A stretch of 63,550 bases of DNA, filler included, from Chiloscyllium plagiosum (taxonomy: Eukaryota), in assembly GCF_004010195.1 (NCBI RefSeq). It is 3 parts of one record of this genome, joined end to end, with 100 filler letters (N's around TTAATTAATTAA, not from the genome) between each part and the next. Parts side by side here need not be neighbours in the genome. Positions count along the whole stretch, not along the records: positions 28,655 to 60,228 come from NC_057712.1; positions 60,329 to 63,550 come from NC_057712.1; 1 more part is not named here. One strand, written 5' to 3'. Under the pieces are notes generated by a model. It was not told the origin of the DNA. It ran no database searches and worked only from the letters and a program-made list of their open reading frames with translations. Shown piece after piece: positions 49,491-61,869 of this stretch (position 1 is its first letter; every line of letters starts with the position of its first letter). The translations under genes and the position numbers were made by a program.

Positions 49491-51086
49491 CCCTTCCCGA
49501 CTGCCTCAGAACACAACTGCTACTTTTAGCAACCTTTTTAACACCAACTCCACCTCTGCTCATCATCTTCTGGCTCAGTTGCTTCAATCATGTTATTGAT
49601 TAGTATGTTATTCACTTATTCTCATGGTTTTTCATTTTTCTATGGTTGAGCTCCAATTCCCATTTCTATACGAAATGACCAAGTCGGTCATGATCTTTCA
49701 TTGCATATTTGTTAGCGTGCCACCTCACCGAGTGTAATTTGACAATATTTGCAAATTAGACAACCGCAAGCCTTGAATTAAAACACCGAAGCGACAACAG
49801 CCACAGAAGTGACCACAATGAATTTCTGCTCCTACTACCGTGTAAAACATCACTTTCACATCTATCAGCCATGCAGCAACTCAGCCTGACTTGTGTTGTG
49901 TAGAACAGTTGCAAATGCCTTCTTGAAATTCACATCGGTAATTTTCACTGCTCTCCTCTATCCATCATATCTACAACAAAACAAATCCAGGAAATCAGCC
50001 CAATGGAACATGCTAATAATGGTTCGTCTTCTCTATTCAGCCCCTGTCCTTCCAGCTGTCCTCTTTGCTATCTTTCATTACAGTCCCAAAGATGCTGCTA
50101 GCGACCACAGTTAAGATTTCATAATGTCACATTGACTGACTGCTTTCTGAGCCATTGGTATGTTCACCAATTTCAGCATGTTACAAAGGATAGCAATGAA
50201 GGTATGTGCAGTCCCTCAGCTTACCTCACCGACAAATGATTTAACAATTCTGCTTTATATTTATCTCAGACCCCGGGTTCCTGCAGTCCTAAATAAGTTG
50301 TCCTATAAACTGTCCCTTGTCCCATTTGTAGTCTTCCCTTGCTCCAAGATTATATTGGTACTTTAGAGTTACATAATTGTTCACTTTTGCATCCTCTTTG
50401 AGTCTGCTACCAATTTGTTGATTCACCTCTTTTGATCATGTTTTCCAAAATGTTAAACTTAGCAGATCTTCCCCTAATATTTTAAATGGGTTTTGTAAAT
50501 CATTGCTAGTTTCACTCTCCTATTGTGAGGTCAACTAGCCACTAACAGGAGTACCTTGGAAAAACTTATTTTGTCTGTTCCTGACACACTGAACTGTTTT
50601 CTTCCTTTTCACAATCGTCTTCTGACTTATCCAGACTGTCTCACTACATCCATGACTCTTCCAAAACTCTCCTTAATTTTAAGTTTCCAATTTCCGGACT
50701 CTAATAGTCTGCTCCTTGCCGTGAACGTCCAATCCCTCTACACGCCTAACTCCATCAGAATACGCTTCAAATGGAGGGCTCCTCAGTGTCCCTCCTCCAG
50801 CTGAATATGTTTCCACATTCAACAACTTCTCCTTTAACTCAGATTGCTTTGTCCAAATGAGAGGTGTTGCTAAAGGTAACCACACTAGCTCCAGCAGTTC
50901 TGCCACTTTGTGGGAGATGTGAAGTATTTCAGTCCTGCTTGGGGCCCCTTCTCCATTTTTCCCCCTAATTAGTGACTGTAGCAGTGGGTTTCCTGCTCTC
51001 AACCTGAACTGAAAAAATAACTTCTTCACCTTTTCTTCTAATACTCATTGTGAGCCCACAGACAGTGACAGCTCCCTTGAGTTTAC

Positions 51087-51414
51087 TTAGAATCGTAAGT
51101 CCCTACAGTGCAGAAAGAGGCCATTCAACTCATCGAATCTTCACCAATCCTCCAAAACGTATCCCACGCAGATCCAGTCAGCACCTTATCAGTAACATTT
51201 CCCAAGGCTAATCCACCCAGCCTGCACAATACAGGGTAATTTAGCATGGCCAATCCACCTAACCTGCACATCTTTTGGACTGTGGGAGGAACCAGAGCAA
51301 GCCCACGCAGACACAGGGAGAATGTGCAAACTCCACACAAACAGTCGCCCCAGAGTAGGATCGAACCTGGATCCCTGACACTGTGAGGCAGCAGTGCTAA
51401 CCACTAAGCCACCC
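51087..51414 (-). mobile_element. HE1-type SINE
   Basis: Reverse complement of tggcttagtggttagcactgctgcc...caggttcgatcc. Confidence 0.9.
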
Positions 51415-51699
51415 TTACCCTCTATTTGTTGTAAAATCTCCCTTCATTTCTTCCATTTCTCCATTGCACATGGCCTAATGCTGCAACCTATCGTACCAGT
51501 GCTTTGATAATCTTCCCTTTTCCTCAACCAAGAATTCCGGAACCCTCTTGTTCCAAATCACGCACTCTGCTCTTGCTCCTTTACTTCCTTCCAGAATGGA
51601 GAAAGGATACACTTTCACCTGCACTGCCCACCACACCAGCCTCCTTCCTCAGCACCACTCTAGTCCATTCCTCAGCACATTTTTATGCAAGGGCATGAG

Positions 51700-52437
51700 A
51701 TATAGAAACATAGAAAATAGCTGCAGGAGTAGGCCATTCTGCCTTCGAGCCTGCACCACTATTCAATATGGTCATGGCTGATCATGCAATCTCAGAATCC
51801 CATTCCCACTTTCTCTCCAAACTTCCTTATCCCTTTAGCTGCAAGGACCACATCCAGCACCCACTTGAATATAGCTAATGAACTTGCCTCTACAGCTTCC
51901 TGTGAGAGAGAATTCCACAGATTCACATCTCTGAGTAGAAAGAAATTCTTCCTTATCTCAGTCCTGAATGGCCTACCCTTCATTGTCAGACTGTAACCCC
52001 TAGTTCTAGACTTTCCTAACATTAGGGACATTTCTCTTGCATTTAGACTGTCGAGTCTCGTTAGGATTTTATATGTTTCTATGAGATCCCCCATCCCTTC
52101 ATTCATCTAAATTCCAGTGAGTACAAGCCTAGTCGATCCAGTTTTTCTTCATATGTCAGTCCTGCCATCCCGGAAATCAGACTGGTGAACCTTCACTGGA
52201 CTCCCTCAATAGCAAGAATGTCCTTCCTTAGACTAAGGGACCAAAACCTCACTCCAAACTGTACACAATACTCAAGGTGTGGCCTCATCAAGTCCCTGTA
52301 TAACTACACCAAGTTATCCCTACTCCTATATTCAAATCCTCTCATTATAAAGACTAGCATGCCAATAGCTTTCCTGCCTGTCTGCTGTACCTACAGGCTA
52401 ACCTTCAGCGACTGTTCCACCATGACACCCAGGTCTC
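51700..52437 (-). mobile_element. CR1 3' RT fragment (different subfamily)
   Basis: GDLIETYKIL..FRTEIRKNFF; LMRPHLEYCVQF. Confidence 0.85.
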
Positions 52438-53514
52438 GAAATGCAAAGCTTGTCCTTTTGCTTTCTCTCCCCTCACCATCTTCCTTTCAAACAAAGTAAT
52501 AATTTGTGAGTACTTGCTTGAACTGACGATATTCGATTAGCAATTCATTGTGCAATTTGCTGTACACCAGGCAGATCAAACTGCTATTGGGTGATCACCT
52601 TATGGGACTCTTCCATTTAGTCAACAGACATAATCCTGGGCTTCTAATTGCCTATCATTTTAGTTCTCTGCCTTGCTTTCATGCTGGTCTCTCTAACCTC
52701 TGCTTCCTGTAGTGTGCCATTGGAACTCAACATAATCTCTACAAACAGCACTTCATATCCTTTTGGTCGGACATTGGGTTCAACAATTTCAGGTTTTCTC
52801 GACCCCATTTTCTTTTATATGTTGTTTTCTTGCCCCATCATCACTCCTTTTGGCCCTGCGCGACTAAGTCTTTTGACATTTAATCTATCCACTGTCTTCC
52901 AATTTATCTCACTGATCTTTCATTTTATTACCTATTCTTCTCGTGCTCAAAACCTATTGCACTTGTAATTCTTCCCAGTTCCGACAAAGGTCGTTCACCT
53001 CAAAAGAGAAACCTTTCTCTGGATCCACAAACATGCCTGACCACTTCATACATCATGCTTTTTCTGTCCTTTTTATTCCAGATTCCCAGTGTCAGCAATA
53101 CTGTGATTTTTAGACAGTGTGACACTTTGGCCACATTGATGTCTATGCTTATGGGCATTCTGGGGATCAGGACATCCTTAACTCTTTGACAGTTACAGCT
53201 GGACAACTAATCCTGCACTCAAGATCTTTATAATGTGGCTGAAGCTCTCTCCACAGCTACAGTGTTCATGCTTACTCCTTAGTTTTAATAGAAAAAAAAC
53301 CTTCATTCTTCAGCCTTTTTTTCTTTTGTCACCGGTGCTAACTTGCAGCAAATTTACTCAACTTTATTGCTGTACGCAAAATGGGAAAATGTTCAAAAGC
53401 TGCAACCCACTGGAAGGGAAACGTGCGATGATCTATGTGGAGTAGATATTGCTGAAAATGGTGAGGAAACTTCCTTTTGCTGCTGCAAGATTAGGGACTG
53501 AACACCTACATTTT

Positions 53515-53528
53515 GTTGCCATGGTAAC
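53515..53528. promoter_or_regulatory. RFX X-box motif
   Basis: GTTGCCATGGTAAC, near-palindromic match to GTTGCCATGGCAAC, in unique CpG-retaining sequence. Confidence 0.5.
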
Positions 53529-54469
53529 CCTGATTCCTTAATCGCAAGATGGTACTGTTCAGCGATTCGTAGTTATTGACTACAGTACTCAGAGTGCTCC
53601 TCTCCACTTGACTATCAAGGGCAATGAGTAGCTATTGCCTACTAATGCTGTGAACCCCTGCCATACATTTTCTCCCTTCCAATTGTGGCCAATACCTCCT
53701 AAACCTGGCTAACCCTTCATCACTTTCCTGACGGGGTTCCTGCAATGGGAACACAGGCCCAATTTTCACTCTCACTTCACATTCAAGCGACCTTGATATA
53801 AATGTGATACAGGTCTCAGTATCAGAGATGGCTTGGACCTCACCATTCTTATGCCAGCATTGTCCCCTCAGCCATAATTTTCGTAGAAGTGCCCACATTT
53901 CTGACCCTTTTTACCCACCCGATTAGAAACTTTTAAAAAAGCATATGAAAAACAACCTTTTGGCTCCTAGAGTCAAAATAATTGAAAAAAACATCTAAAG
54001 CTTCATTTGTACTCGAATCAAAAATGACGCATTTGTTTTAGTACAAAAATATTAAAAATTGTTCTGGGAACATGTTTTCTCTAAAGATAAAAGCATCTGA
54101 TATGAATTATTAAAACGTAAAGTCAATATCTGACTTTAAGGGAAAGCCAGACCCAATCTCCTTCAAAGAAATGATATAGAGTTCTTGATGATGGAAGAAA
54201 ATTCCTTGTTTCTGTAAATAGTGTGTTTTTTTTTTAAACTGGTTGCTAATGAGTTCTTTCCAGCACTCACTCGCTCTCTCTCTCTCCCTCACTAGATCCT
54301 GTTTCCCAGTTTCTGGATGCAGAATAATCTCAACATCATGATAGTCCAGTCTGCACCTGTATAATTATAGAATGCATCACGAATTAATGCATTGCTGTAA
54401 ACACATTCTGTTCTTGATTTGGAACTTTGGAAGTATGTCTTCCACTTGATTGTATTTCACATTATTCCT

Positions 54470-54690
54470 GCTGAAAATGTGTTGCTGGAAAAGCACAGCA
54501 GGTCAGGCAGCATCCAAGGAGCAGGAAAATTGACTTTTCTGGCAAAAACCTACCATTCCTGATGAAGAGCTTTTGCCCAAAATGTTGATTTTCCTGCTCC
54601 TCCGATGCTGCCTGACCTGCTGTGCTTTTCCAGCACCACTCTAATCTAGACTCTAATCTCCAGCATGTGCAGTACCCACTTTCGCCTAGT
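54470..54690. mobile_element. Mini fold-back PLE (family A)
   Basis: Inverted arms gctggaaaagcacagcagg / cctgctgtgcttttccagc; ctgatgaagagcttttgcccaaaa remnant. Confidence 0.85.
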
Positions 54691-54699
54691 CTATCTCTA

Positions 54700-54950
54700 T
54701 AGAATCATAGCATTGTACAGCATGGAGACATACCCTTTGCTCCAATTTATCCATGTTGACCAGATATCCTGAATGAATCTGGTCCTATTTGCCAGCAATT
54801 GGCCCATATCCCTCTAAACCCTTCCTATTCATATACCCATCTAGATGCCTTTCATCGGCCTCTACCACTTCCTCTGGCAGCTCATTCCATCCTGACTGAA
54901 AAAGTTGACCCTTAAGTCCTTTTTAAATCTTGCCCCTCTCACCTTAAATC
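54700..54950 (-). mobile_element. CR1/HER1 3' end
   Basis: gtacagcatggagaca...cccttcctattcatataccc. Confidence 0.8.
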
Positions 54951-54955
54951 TTTGC

Positions 54956-55098
54956 CATCACACTGTAAACTTTTGCTATAAATTCTGTGTCTTACAATGG
55001 TATCCTCCACAACCACCTGATGAAGGAGCAGCGCTCTGAAAGCTAGTGCTTCCAAATAAACCTGTTGGACTATAACCTGGTGTGCGATTTTTAACTTT
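54956..55098 (+). mobile_element. PLE family B terminal fragment with near-intact hammerhead (55014-55048)
   Basis: CAC-CUGAUGA-A-GGAGC(AGC)GCUCU-GAA-AGCU-A-GUG; G-U pair at the base of stem II. Confidence 0.8.
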
Positions 55099-55764
55099 CT
55101 GAAAGTTGGCTGACTACTTCTAATTCAACAGCTTTTGGTAGTGACAGGGATGGGGGAGGGGGGAGGGGGGGGTGCGGTCTCTCTATGGCCATTATTTGAT
55201 CTAAGAAGGGACTCCCTAGTTAAGCTCTCTCTTCTTCGTGTCACCCTTATCCTCTGCCAGTATCCTGCCATGTCCTCGTTCGTTTATTTTGTGATGTAAA
55301 GTGCGTAATTTATATTAATATCATTTATTTAGAGGTTGGATTTTCATGTGGGATTTAGTTTGTGGGCTCAAGGAGGTTTAATGATTAACTTGTCAGTATT
55401 TCTGGAGCCATGTTTCATTTAAGTCTGTATGGCAAGGGAATAATGATGAGATTTCATTTACATTGGGCAAGTCTTGAAATTGGCAGAGTAAGCATTAAAG
55501 AGTAAGCAGAGTCAGCTTACTTTCCCTTATAAGAATCAGGAGTTGAGTTCTTATTTTTCTCCGGGGAAAGAAATCCAAATAGTGCAAAGCTTTTGATTTC
55601 CGGCTAGTAGTTGTCCTAGTTGGAGCTAGATCCAAACTATAGTTGCTCGAAAGAAAAATAATTCAGAAAAGTTAGGAAATAGGTTATCTCAGTATCAGGA
55701 TATTAATGTGAAAATTCCAGACTAGAAGTCTGAGCAGGCCAGAGTGCAGGTTCAAAGTTCCGTG

Positions 55765-56297
55765 AAAGTGGAGTTGCATTTCTGGTCTCCTTCCTATCGG
55801 AAGGATGTTGTGGAACTTGAAAGGGTTCAGAAAAGATTTACAAGGATGTTGCCAGGGTTGGAGGATCTGAGCGATAGGGAGAGGCTGAACAGGCTGGGGC
55901 TGTTTTCCCTGGAGCATCGGAGGCTGAGGGGTGACCTTAGAGGTTTACAAAATCATGAGGGGCATGGATAGGATAAATAGACAAAGTCTTTTCCTTGGGG
56001 TGTGGGAGTTCAAAACTAGATGGCTTAAGTTTAAGGTGAGAGGGAAAAGATTGAAAAGGGACCTAAGGGGCAACTTTTTCACACGGAGGGTGGTGCATGT
56101 ATGGCATGAGCTGCCAGAGGAAGTGGTGGAGGCTGGTACAATTACAACATTTAAAAGGCATCTATATCGGTATATGAATAGGAAGGGTTCAGAGGGATAT
56201 GGGCTGGGTGCTGGCAAATGGAACTAGATTAGTTTTAGATATCTGGTCAGCATGAGTGAGTTGGACCAAAGGGTCTGTTTCCATGCTGTACATCTCG
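55765..56297 (+). mobile_element. CR1/HER1 3' fragment
   Basis: HFWSPSYRKDVVELERVQKRFTRMLPGL. Confidence 0.9.
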
Positions 56298-56399
56298 GAG
56301 TCTGGAAATGTTTGGTTAGATCACTGAATGGTTATTCAAAACTGAAACTTAGTTGTACAAAAAAATCAAGAGGCTATCAAATTCTCAAGATTGTGAATT

Positions 56400-56793
56400 A
56401 GAGTCATAGAGATGTACAGCATGGAAACAGACCCTTCGGTCCAACCCATCCATGCCGACCAGATATCCCAACTCAATCTCGTCCCACCTGCCAGCACCCA
56501 GCCCATTTCCCTCCAAACCCTTCCTGTTCATATACCCATCCAAATGCCTCTTAAATGTTGCAATTGTACCAGCCTCTACCACATCCTCTGGCAGCTCATT
56601 CCATGCACACACCACCCTCTGCGTGAAAAAGTTGCCCCTTAAGTCTCTTTTATATCATTCCCCTCTCACACTAAAGCTATGCCCTCTAGTTCTGGACTCC
56701 CCCACCCCAGGGAAAAGACTTTGTCTATTTACTCTATCCATGCCCCTCATAATTTTGTAAACCTCCATAAGGTCACCCCTCAGCCTCCGACGC
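56400..56793 (-). mobile_element. CR1/HER1 3' fragment, tail-to-tail with the previous copy
   Basis: WNELPEDVVEAGTIATFKRHLDGYM. Confidence 0.9.
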
Positions 56794-56863
56794 TGGAGAC
56801 AAACCTAAAGGCATGATAAAGAGGAACATTTTCTCTAACATTTGACTGTTGCAAAGTCACGTA

Positions 56864-57105
56864 GGTGAAAGTGGATACTGCAGATGCTGGAGATTAATGT
56901 CAAGATTAGAATAGTGCTGGAAAAGCACAGCAGGTCAGGCAGCATCTGAGGAGCAGGAAAATACATTTCGGCCAAAAGCCTTTCATCAATTCCTGATCTG
57001 AACTGATCTGAAGAATGGTCACTGGGCCTGAAACATTGATTCTGCTTTCTCTCCAGACCTGATATTGCCAGACCTGTTAAGTTTCTTCAGCAATTTCTGT
57101 TTGCA
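56864..57105. mobile_element. PLE terminal fragments (family A on minus, family D on plus)
   Basis: catttcggccaaaagcctttcatca (minus-strand hammerhead remnant) followed by CTGAAGAatggtcactgggcctGAAAcattga. Confidence 0.7.
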
Positions 57106-57776
57106 ATATTGCATGCTCAGTAAAAGGTCACCTTGTTAAATTTTTAAAAATGGACTATCAAGCCAGATCTCAGTCTAGATCTGACTTATGCAGTAATAAC
57201 TTCAGCATGGATCATCATAACTTCTCTTCCCTGTGTCTTCCAAGCCACCATTCTACCTATTTCTATCCATGACATGCTCCAGAGGAAAGGCTCCCATTTT
57301 GTTACTTGTTCCCTGGTGCATCCTGTCACTAAATGTTTAGCAGCTCAGTTGTAAATTCAAAAGAACTTTATTGGTTATAAAGAACTTGGAAACATCCTGA
57401 GTCCAGGAAAGGGATGTAGAAGTGGAGGTTCTTTGCTTTTGAACTTAAATCTGGGATTTTTTTCCTTAAAAAATAAACTCTGTGGCTATTCACTCAGTAA
57501 AATATACGTCTGAACCCAGCCAAAAATCTGGCCTATGATGATTGATTGTAGCTGCAGGCTCTTACCACTGGGTGGTGCTGCACAGTTTCCTACATATTAC
57601 AGCACCATTTTTTCCCACATTTTCCTGGTTTGTTGGTAAATTCCGTGTGTCTCTTTGGCTTCTTCACATCAGATGTTTCCTCAGAAGCGGATGCTCCACA
57701 TGGCTTTTATGATCCATTGGACTGTTAACTGTGTGTCAGGTCCATGATTGTAAATGTATGGTTCTGAAAATAAATC

Positions 57777-57984
57777 TAGTTAAAAACCACACAACACCAG
57801 GTTACAGTCCAACAGGTTTAATTGGAAACCCTAGCTTTGGGAGCGCTCCTCTTTCATCAGGTGGTTGATGAAGGAGCAGCGCTCCGAAAGCCGGTGCTTC
57901 CAATTAAACCTGTTGGACTATAACCTGGTGTTGCGTGATTTTTAACTTTGTACAACCCAGTCCAACACCAGTATCTCCAAATCA
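57777..57984. mobile_element. Mini fold-back PLE (family B) with two opposed hammerhead remnants
   Basis: TSD tgaaaata(a/g)atc at 57765-57776 and 57985-57996; centre ttcatcaggtggttgatgaa. Confidence 0.85.
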
Positions 57985-58064
57985 TGAAAATAGATCAGCA
58001 TTGTCCCTGGTGGGAGTGGGACCATCATTACATGGTCCAACTAGGCCATTTGAAAAGATACTTC

Positions 58065-58340
58065 ATAGAATCCCTGCATTGCAGATGGAGGCCATTTGGC
58101 CCAACCAGTGTGCATTCTTCTCCTGAAGAGCATCCAACCATCCCACCCTATCTGTGTGACCCCACTTTTAGCGTGGCCAATCCACCCTGACCTGCACATC
58201 TTTGGACTGTGGGAGGAAACCACATCACCCTGAGGAAATCCACGCAGACACGGGGAGAATGTGCAAACTCTACACAGACAGTCGCCCGAGGCTGGAATCG
58301 AACCCTGCTCCCTGACACCATGAGGCAGCAGTGCTAACTG
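58065..58340 (-). mobile_element. HE1-type SINE
   Basis: cacgcagacacggggagaatgtgcaaactc...gaggcagcagtgctaac. Confidence 0.9.
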
Positions 58341-58635
58341 CTAATTTCAGTGGATCGAGCTTACCACTGAATGGAATTATTTTAATAAAAACACAAGCTT
58401 ATTGAAATCCTAGCTGCGGCCATGAGGAATTCCTAACTGCTGAGCTGCCCATTTAGCTTACAAGTAGCTGCTTCCATACTAGCAATTCCACTAAGTTTCC
58501 GCTTTCTCAGTTCAGTGATTTCCCCTCTTCCTGCTCACTAATGGAGCCACTTGGCCGGGGTGTGTTTGTTGATTTCTCAAACCTCTAGAGACGGATTACC
58601 CATGAGTTGGCCTCCCAGTGATCAGCTGTAGGCTG

Positions 58636-58849
58636 TTGAAAAGCATGGCGCTGGAAAAGCACAGCGGGTCAGGCAGCATCTGAGGAGCAGGAGAATCGAC
58701 CTGTCAAGCATGAGCTCTTCATCATGACGAACAGCTCATGCTCAAAACGTTGACTCTCCTGCCCCTCGGATGCTGCCTGACCCGCTGTGCTTTTCCAGCG
58801 CCACGCTTTTCGACTCTGATCTCCAGCATCTGCAGTGCTCACTTTCTCC
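58636..58849. mobile_element. Mini fold-back PLE (family A)
   Basis: Perfect 15-bp TSD atcagctgtaggctg at 58621-58635 and 58850-58864; ~85-bp inverted arms plus ~35-bp unpaired tail. Confidence 0.9.
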
Positions 58850-59569
58850 ATCAGCTGTAGGCTGCAACGTATACCCGCTGGTCAATGACCGAAGTGACAG
58901 AGAGGGGAAAATAACCAAAGACAATCCTAACCCTGAGCCTGGTCTTCAGTTTCACATTTCTGGTGCACATTGTGGCTTATAGTGCCAGAATTTGATGGCC
59001 ATTCTCAAGCTTTGGGACCCTTGATCTGAATTTGGTGGTGATCAATTACTTGCAGTTGTTTTTTTCCCTTGTGAGGAGATACAAGCCGGGCACCCACGTC
59101 TCGTAAACAGCAAAGTGGGAGCAGAGCAAGCCTGTCCATAGTTGAAAAGTACACAGTTTTTTTAAGAAGCATCGTAGGAGTAACCAACTTAACCATGGCT
59201 GAAACCAGAGTTGGTGTCAGAGATTCGGATGTTCAAGCAGGTTGAATAAATTTTTGAATGTAATTTAGAGCTGTAGCAACCATTATGAAATAACCACAGC
59301 AAACACATAGCATACAGGATTGGAACTACACAGCAGTTGAATGTGTTTTCATAGACTGTTAAAATGTTATTTTTGTCTAATACAATTAGAGTGCTGTAAA
59401 GAATAATTTGCTTGAAATCAGTTTTTTTTAAGACAGAAGGGAAAAGCAACTGGAGTCATAGAACCATAGAAATGTAACTTTAAACTATCAACAAAGCTGA
59501 AGGAGGAAGGGAAAAAACATACAAGCCAGGCATGTGTTGGATCTCAGACAAATACAGTGACATCCTTTA

Positions 59570-60015
59570 GAATTTATTTTTAGAATTAGTTTTTATTGTC
59601 ACATGTACATGGGTACAGGTGTACAGTGTAAAGTGTACAAAGTCGTCATTCTTGAGTGCCACCTTAGATACAAAGCTACCTGGGTCCAAAATCCGATGTA
59701 TAAAGTGGAAAATTCACCTCCCTCTGCCACTACCGGGAACAAACCCTGCCTCATACATCTTGATGCCATCTGAGCTTTCCACAAATTAGAGAAAGAAAAG
59801 AAGGTAAAACTGAAGGGAAGACATGAGATCCAGACTCCTGGGCCCAAGAGCCAACACGCTGCCATGCTTCTCCGCCGCCATTTTGGCTGGCTTCAACTCA
59901 TGTCCACACTTGGTGTCAACTCACCGCCACCATTGACACAGTCCGAGGACAAGAGTTCAAAGGAATAAAGAGGAAACAAGAAATTAGAAAAAAAGGAAAA
60001 GAAACAGAGCAGACA
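59570..60015 (-). mobile_element. Non-LTR/SINE-like element with gacaataaa tail (relative of 13900-14080)
   Basis: tttagaattagtttttattgtcacatgtac... Confidence 0.5.
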
Positions 60016-60018
60016 AAC

Positions 60019-60228
60019 ACCTCCTCGGCTGTCCGCCCTACTCCTCCACCGTCCGTCCTACTCCTCGGCCGTCCACCCTACTCCTCCACCGTCCGTCCTA
60101 CTCCTCCACCGTCCGTCCTACTCCTCCACCGTCCGTCCTTCTCCTCCACCGTCCGCCCTTCTCCTCCGCCGTCCTCCCTACTCCTCCCCCGTCCGCCCTT
60201 CTCCTCGGCCGTCCGCCCTTCTCCTCCG
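60019..60228. repeat. GC-rich 20-bp minisatellite (about 10 units, truncated by gap)
   Basis: Unit ctcctccaccgtccgtccta and variants. Confidence 0.95.
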
Positions 60229-60328
60229 NNNNNNNNNNNNNNNNNNNNNNNNNNNNNNNNNNNNNNNNNNNNTTAATTAATTAANNNNNNNNNNNNNNNN
60301 NNNNNNNNNNNNNNNNNNNNNNNNNNNN
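60229..60328. other. Scaffolding gap (44 N + TTAATTAATTAA + 44 N)
   Basis: Same synthetic layout as 28555-28654. Confidence 0.95.
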
Positions 60329-60975
60329 TACACAGATCTCTGAAAGTTGCTACCCATGTAAATAGTGCGGTGAAGAAGGCATATGGCGTGCTGGCTTTTA
60401 TTGGTAGAGGAATTGAGTTCCGGAGTGCTGAGGTCATGTTGCAGTTGTATAAGACTCTGGTGCGTCCGCATCTGGAGTATTGTGTGCAGTTTTGGTCGCC
60501 ATACTATAGGAAGGATGTGGTGGCACTGGAACGGGTGCAGAGGAGGTTTACTAGGATGTTGCCTGGTATGGTAGGAAGTTCGTATGAGGAAAGGCTGAGG
60601 CACTTGGGGTTGTTTTCAATGGTGTAAAGAAGGTTTAGGGGTGACTTGATGATTAGGGGTTTAGATAGGGTTGACCATGAGAACCTTTTTCCACGTATGG
60701 AGTCAGCTATTACGAGGGGGCATAGCTTTAAATTAAGGGGGGGTAGATATAGGACTGAAGTTCGGGGTAGGTTCTTCACTCAGCGAGTCGTAAGTTCATG
60801 GAATGCCCTGCCAGTTGCAGTGGTGGACTCTCCCTCTTTATGGGCATTTAAGCGGGCATTGGATAGGTATATGGAGGATAGTGGGTTAGTATAGGTTAGG
60901 TGGGCTTGGATCGGCGCAACATCGAGGGCCAAAGGGCCTGTACTGCGCTGTATTCTTCTATGTTCTATGTTCTAT
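60329..60975 (+). mobile_element. Relatively young CR1 3' fragment
   Basis: LYKTLVRPHLEYCVQFWSP; CpGs retained; (ttctatg)n tail. Confidence 0.9.
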
Positions 60976-61649
60976 TGCGCTTGGCCCATGCTCCAGATGA
61001 CTGAGCATTACTACAAAAGACATCCTCATTCTCTCACCCCCATCACCCCTCAGTTCCAGAGTCATGTAATCATGGTCAGCATCAAGGCATTACCTTTAAC
61101 TGGAACTGTCCCAGGCCTGACAATGGGCATTACTGGTACCCCAACACTAGTTAGCAGCATATTATAGGAACTCTTGGCATTCTGCCATTATCCATCACTA
61201 AAACAATAAGTGCAAAGCTTACAAAATTTCCATGATATATGTAAAGTTGAACAATTGCAGAATTAATTGGAATGTGAGTGGAGCCTTTTCGGCCCCACCT
61301 TTCTACATTCATTAATTAGAATGATAAACACAATTCGAACAATTTACAATGATCAGGAGTTAGTTTCAGGTTATTAAATGTTTTTACTGTTCTATTTCCA
61401 CAATCCTGGTACTAACTCAAAAGTGCCTTGTTCACTTTTTAATGATACTGAACATTTTCCATTTAATGACAGGCCTCTATTGTAGGATTCAAAAATGCAT
61501 GCCTGTTTAAATCTCTGCCGTTTTCTCTGAACGGCTGCTACCACAATGGAGCTCCAGGTCCTCTTACTGATCAGAGGGAAGGGAATAGTGTGAGAAAAAA
61601 TGAATCCACAATCTTATTACACAAGAAACAGAAAAGAACATCTGATAGG

Positions 61650-61800
61650 GCTGGTTGTGGCAGAACGGTAGTATTACTGGACTTATAATCTAGCTAAAGC
61701 TCTGAGGACATGGGTTCAAATCCCACTATAAAAGTTGTTGGAATTTAAATTCAATTAATACATGTGGAATTAGAAGCTAGTCTATGGAGACCTTTATCAG
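61650..61800 (+). mobile_element. Second SINE family head fragment
   Basis: gtggcagaacggta...gggttcaaatccc...ggaatttaaattcaatt. Confidence 0.6.
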
Positions 61801-61869
61801 CTTAAAAACCAGAAACAACAATACTAACACAACTGACCCTGCAGACTCCTCCCAAATAACATCTGGGTG

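Larger units (their letters stand above)
50640..53100 (+). mobile_element. Very decayed PLE, interrupted by HE1 SINE and CR1
   Basis: LLLAVNVQSLYT; FNNFSFNSDCFVQMRGVAKG; terminal repeat remnant 52970-53095. Confidence 0.65.

Noticed and set aside
60019..60228. CRISPR-like array
   Set aside because: Contiguous 20-bp tandem units with no spacers, in a vertebrate context
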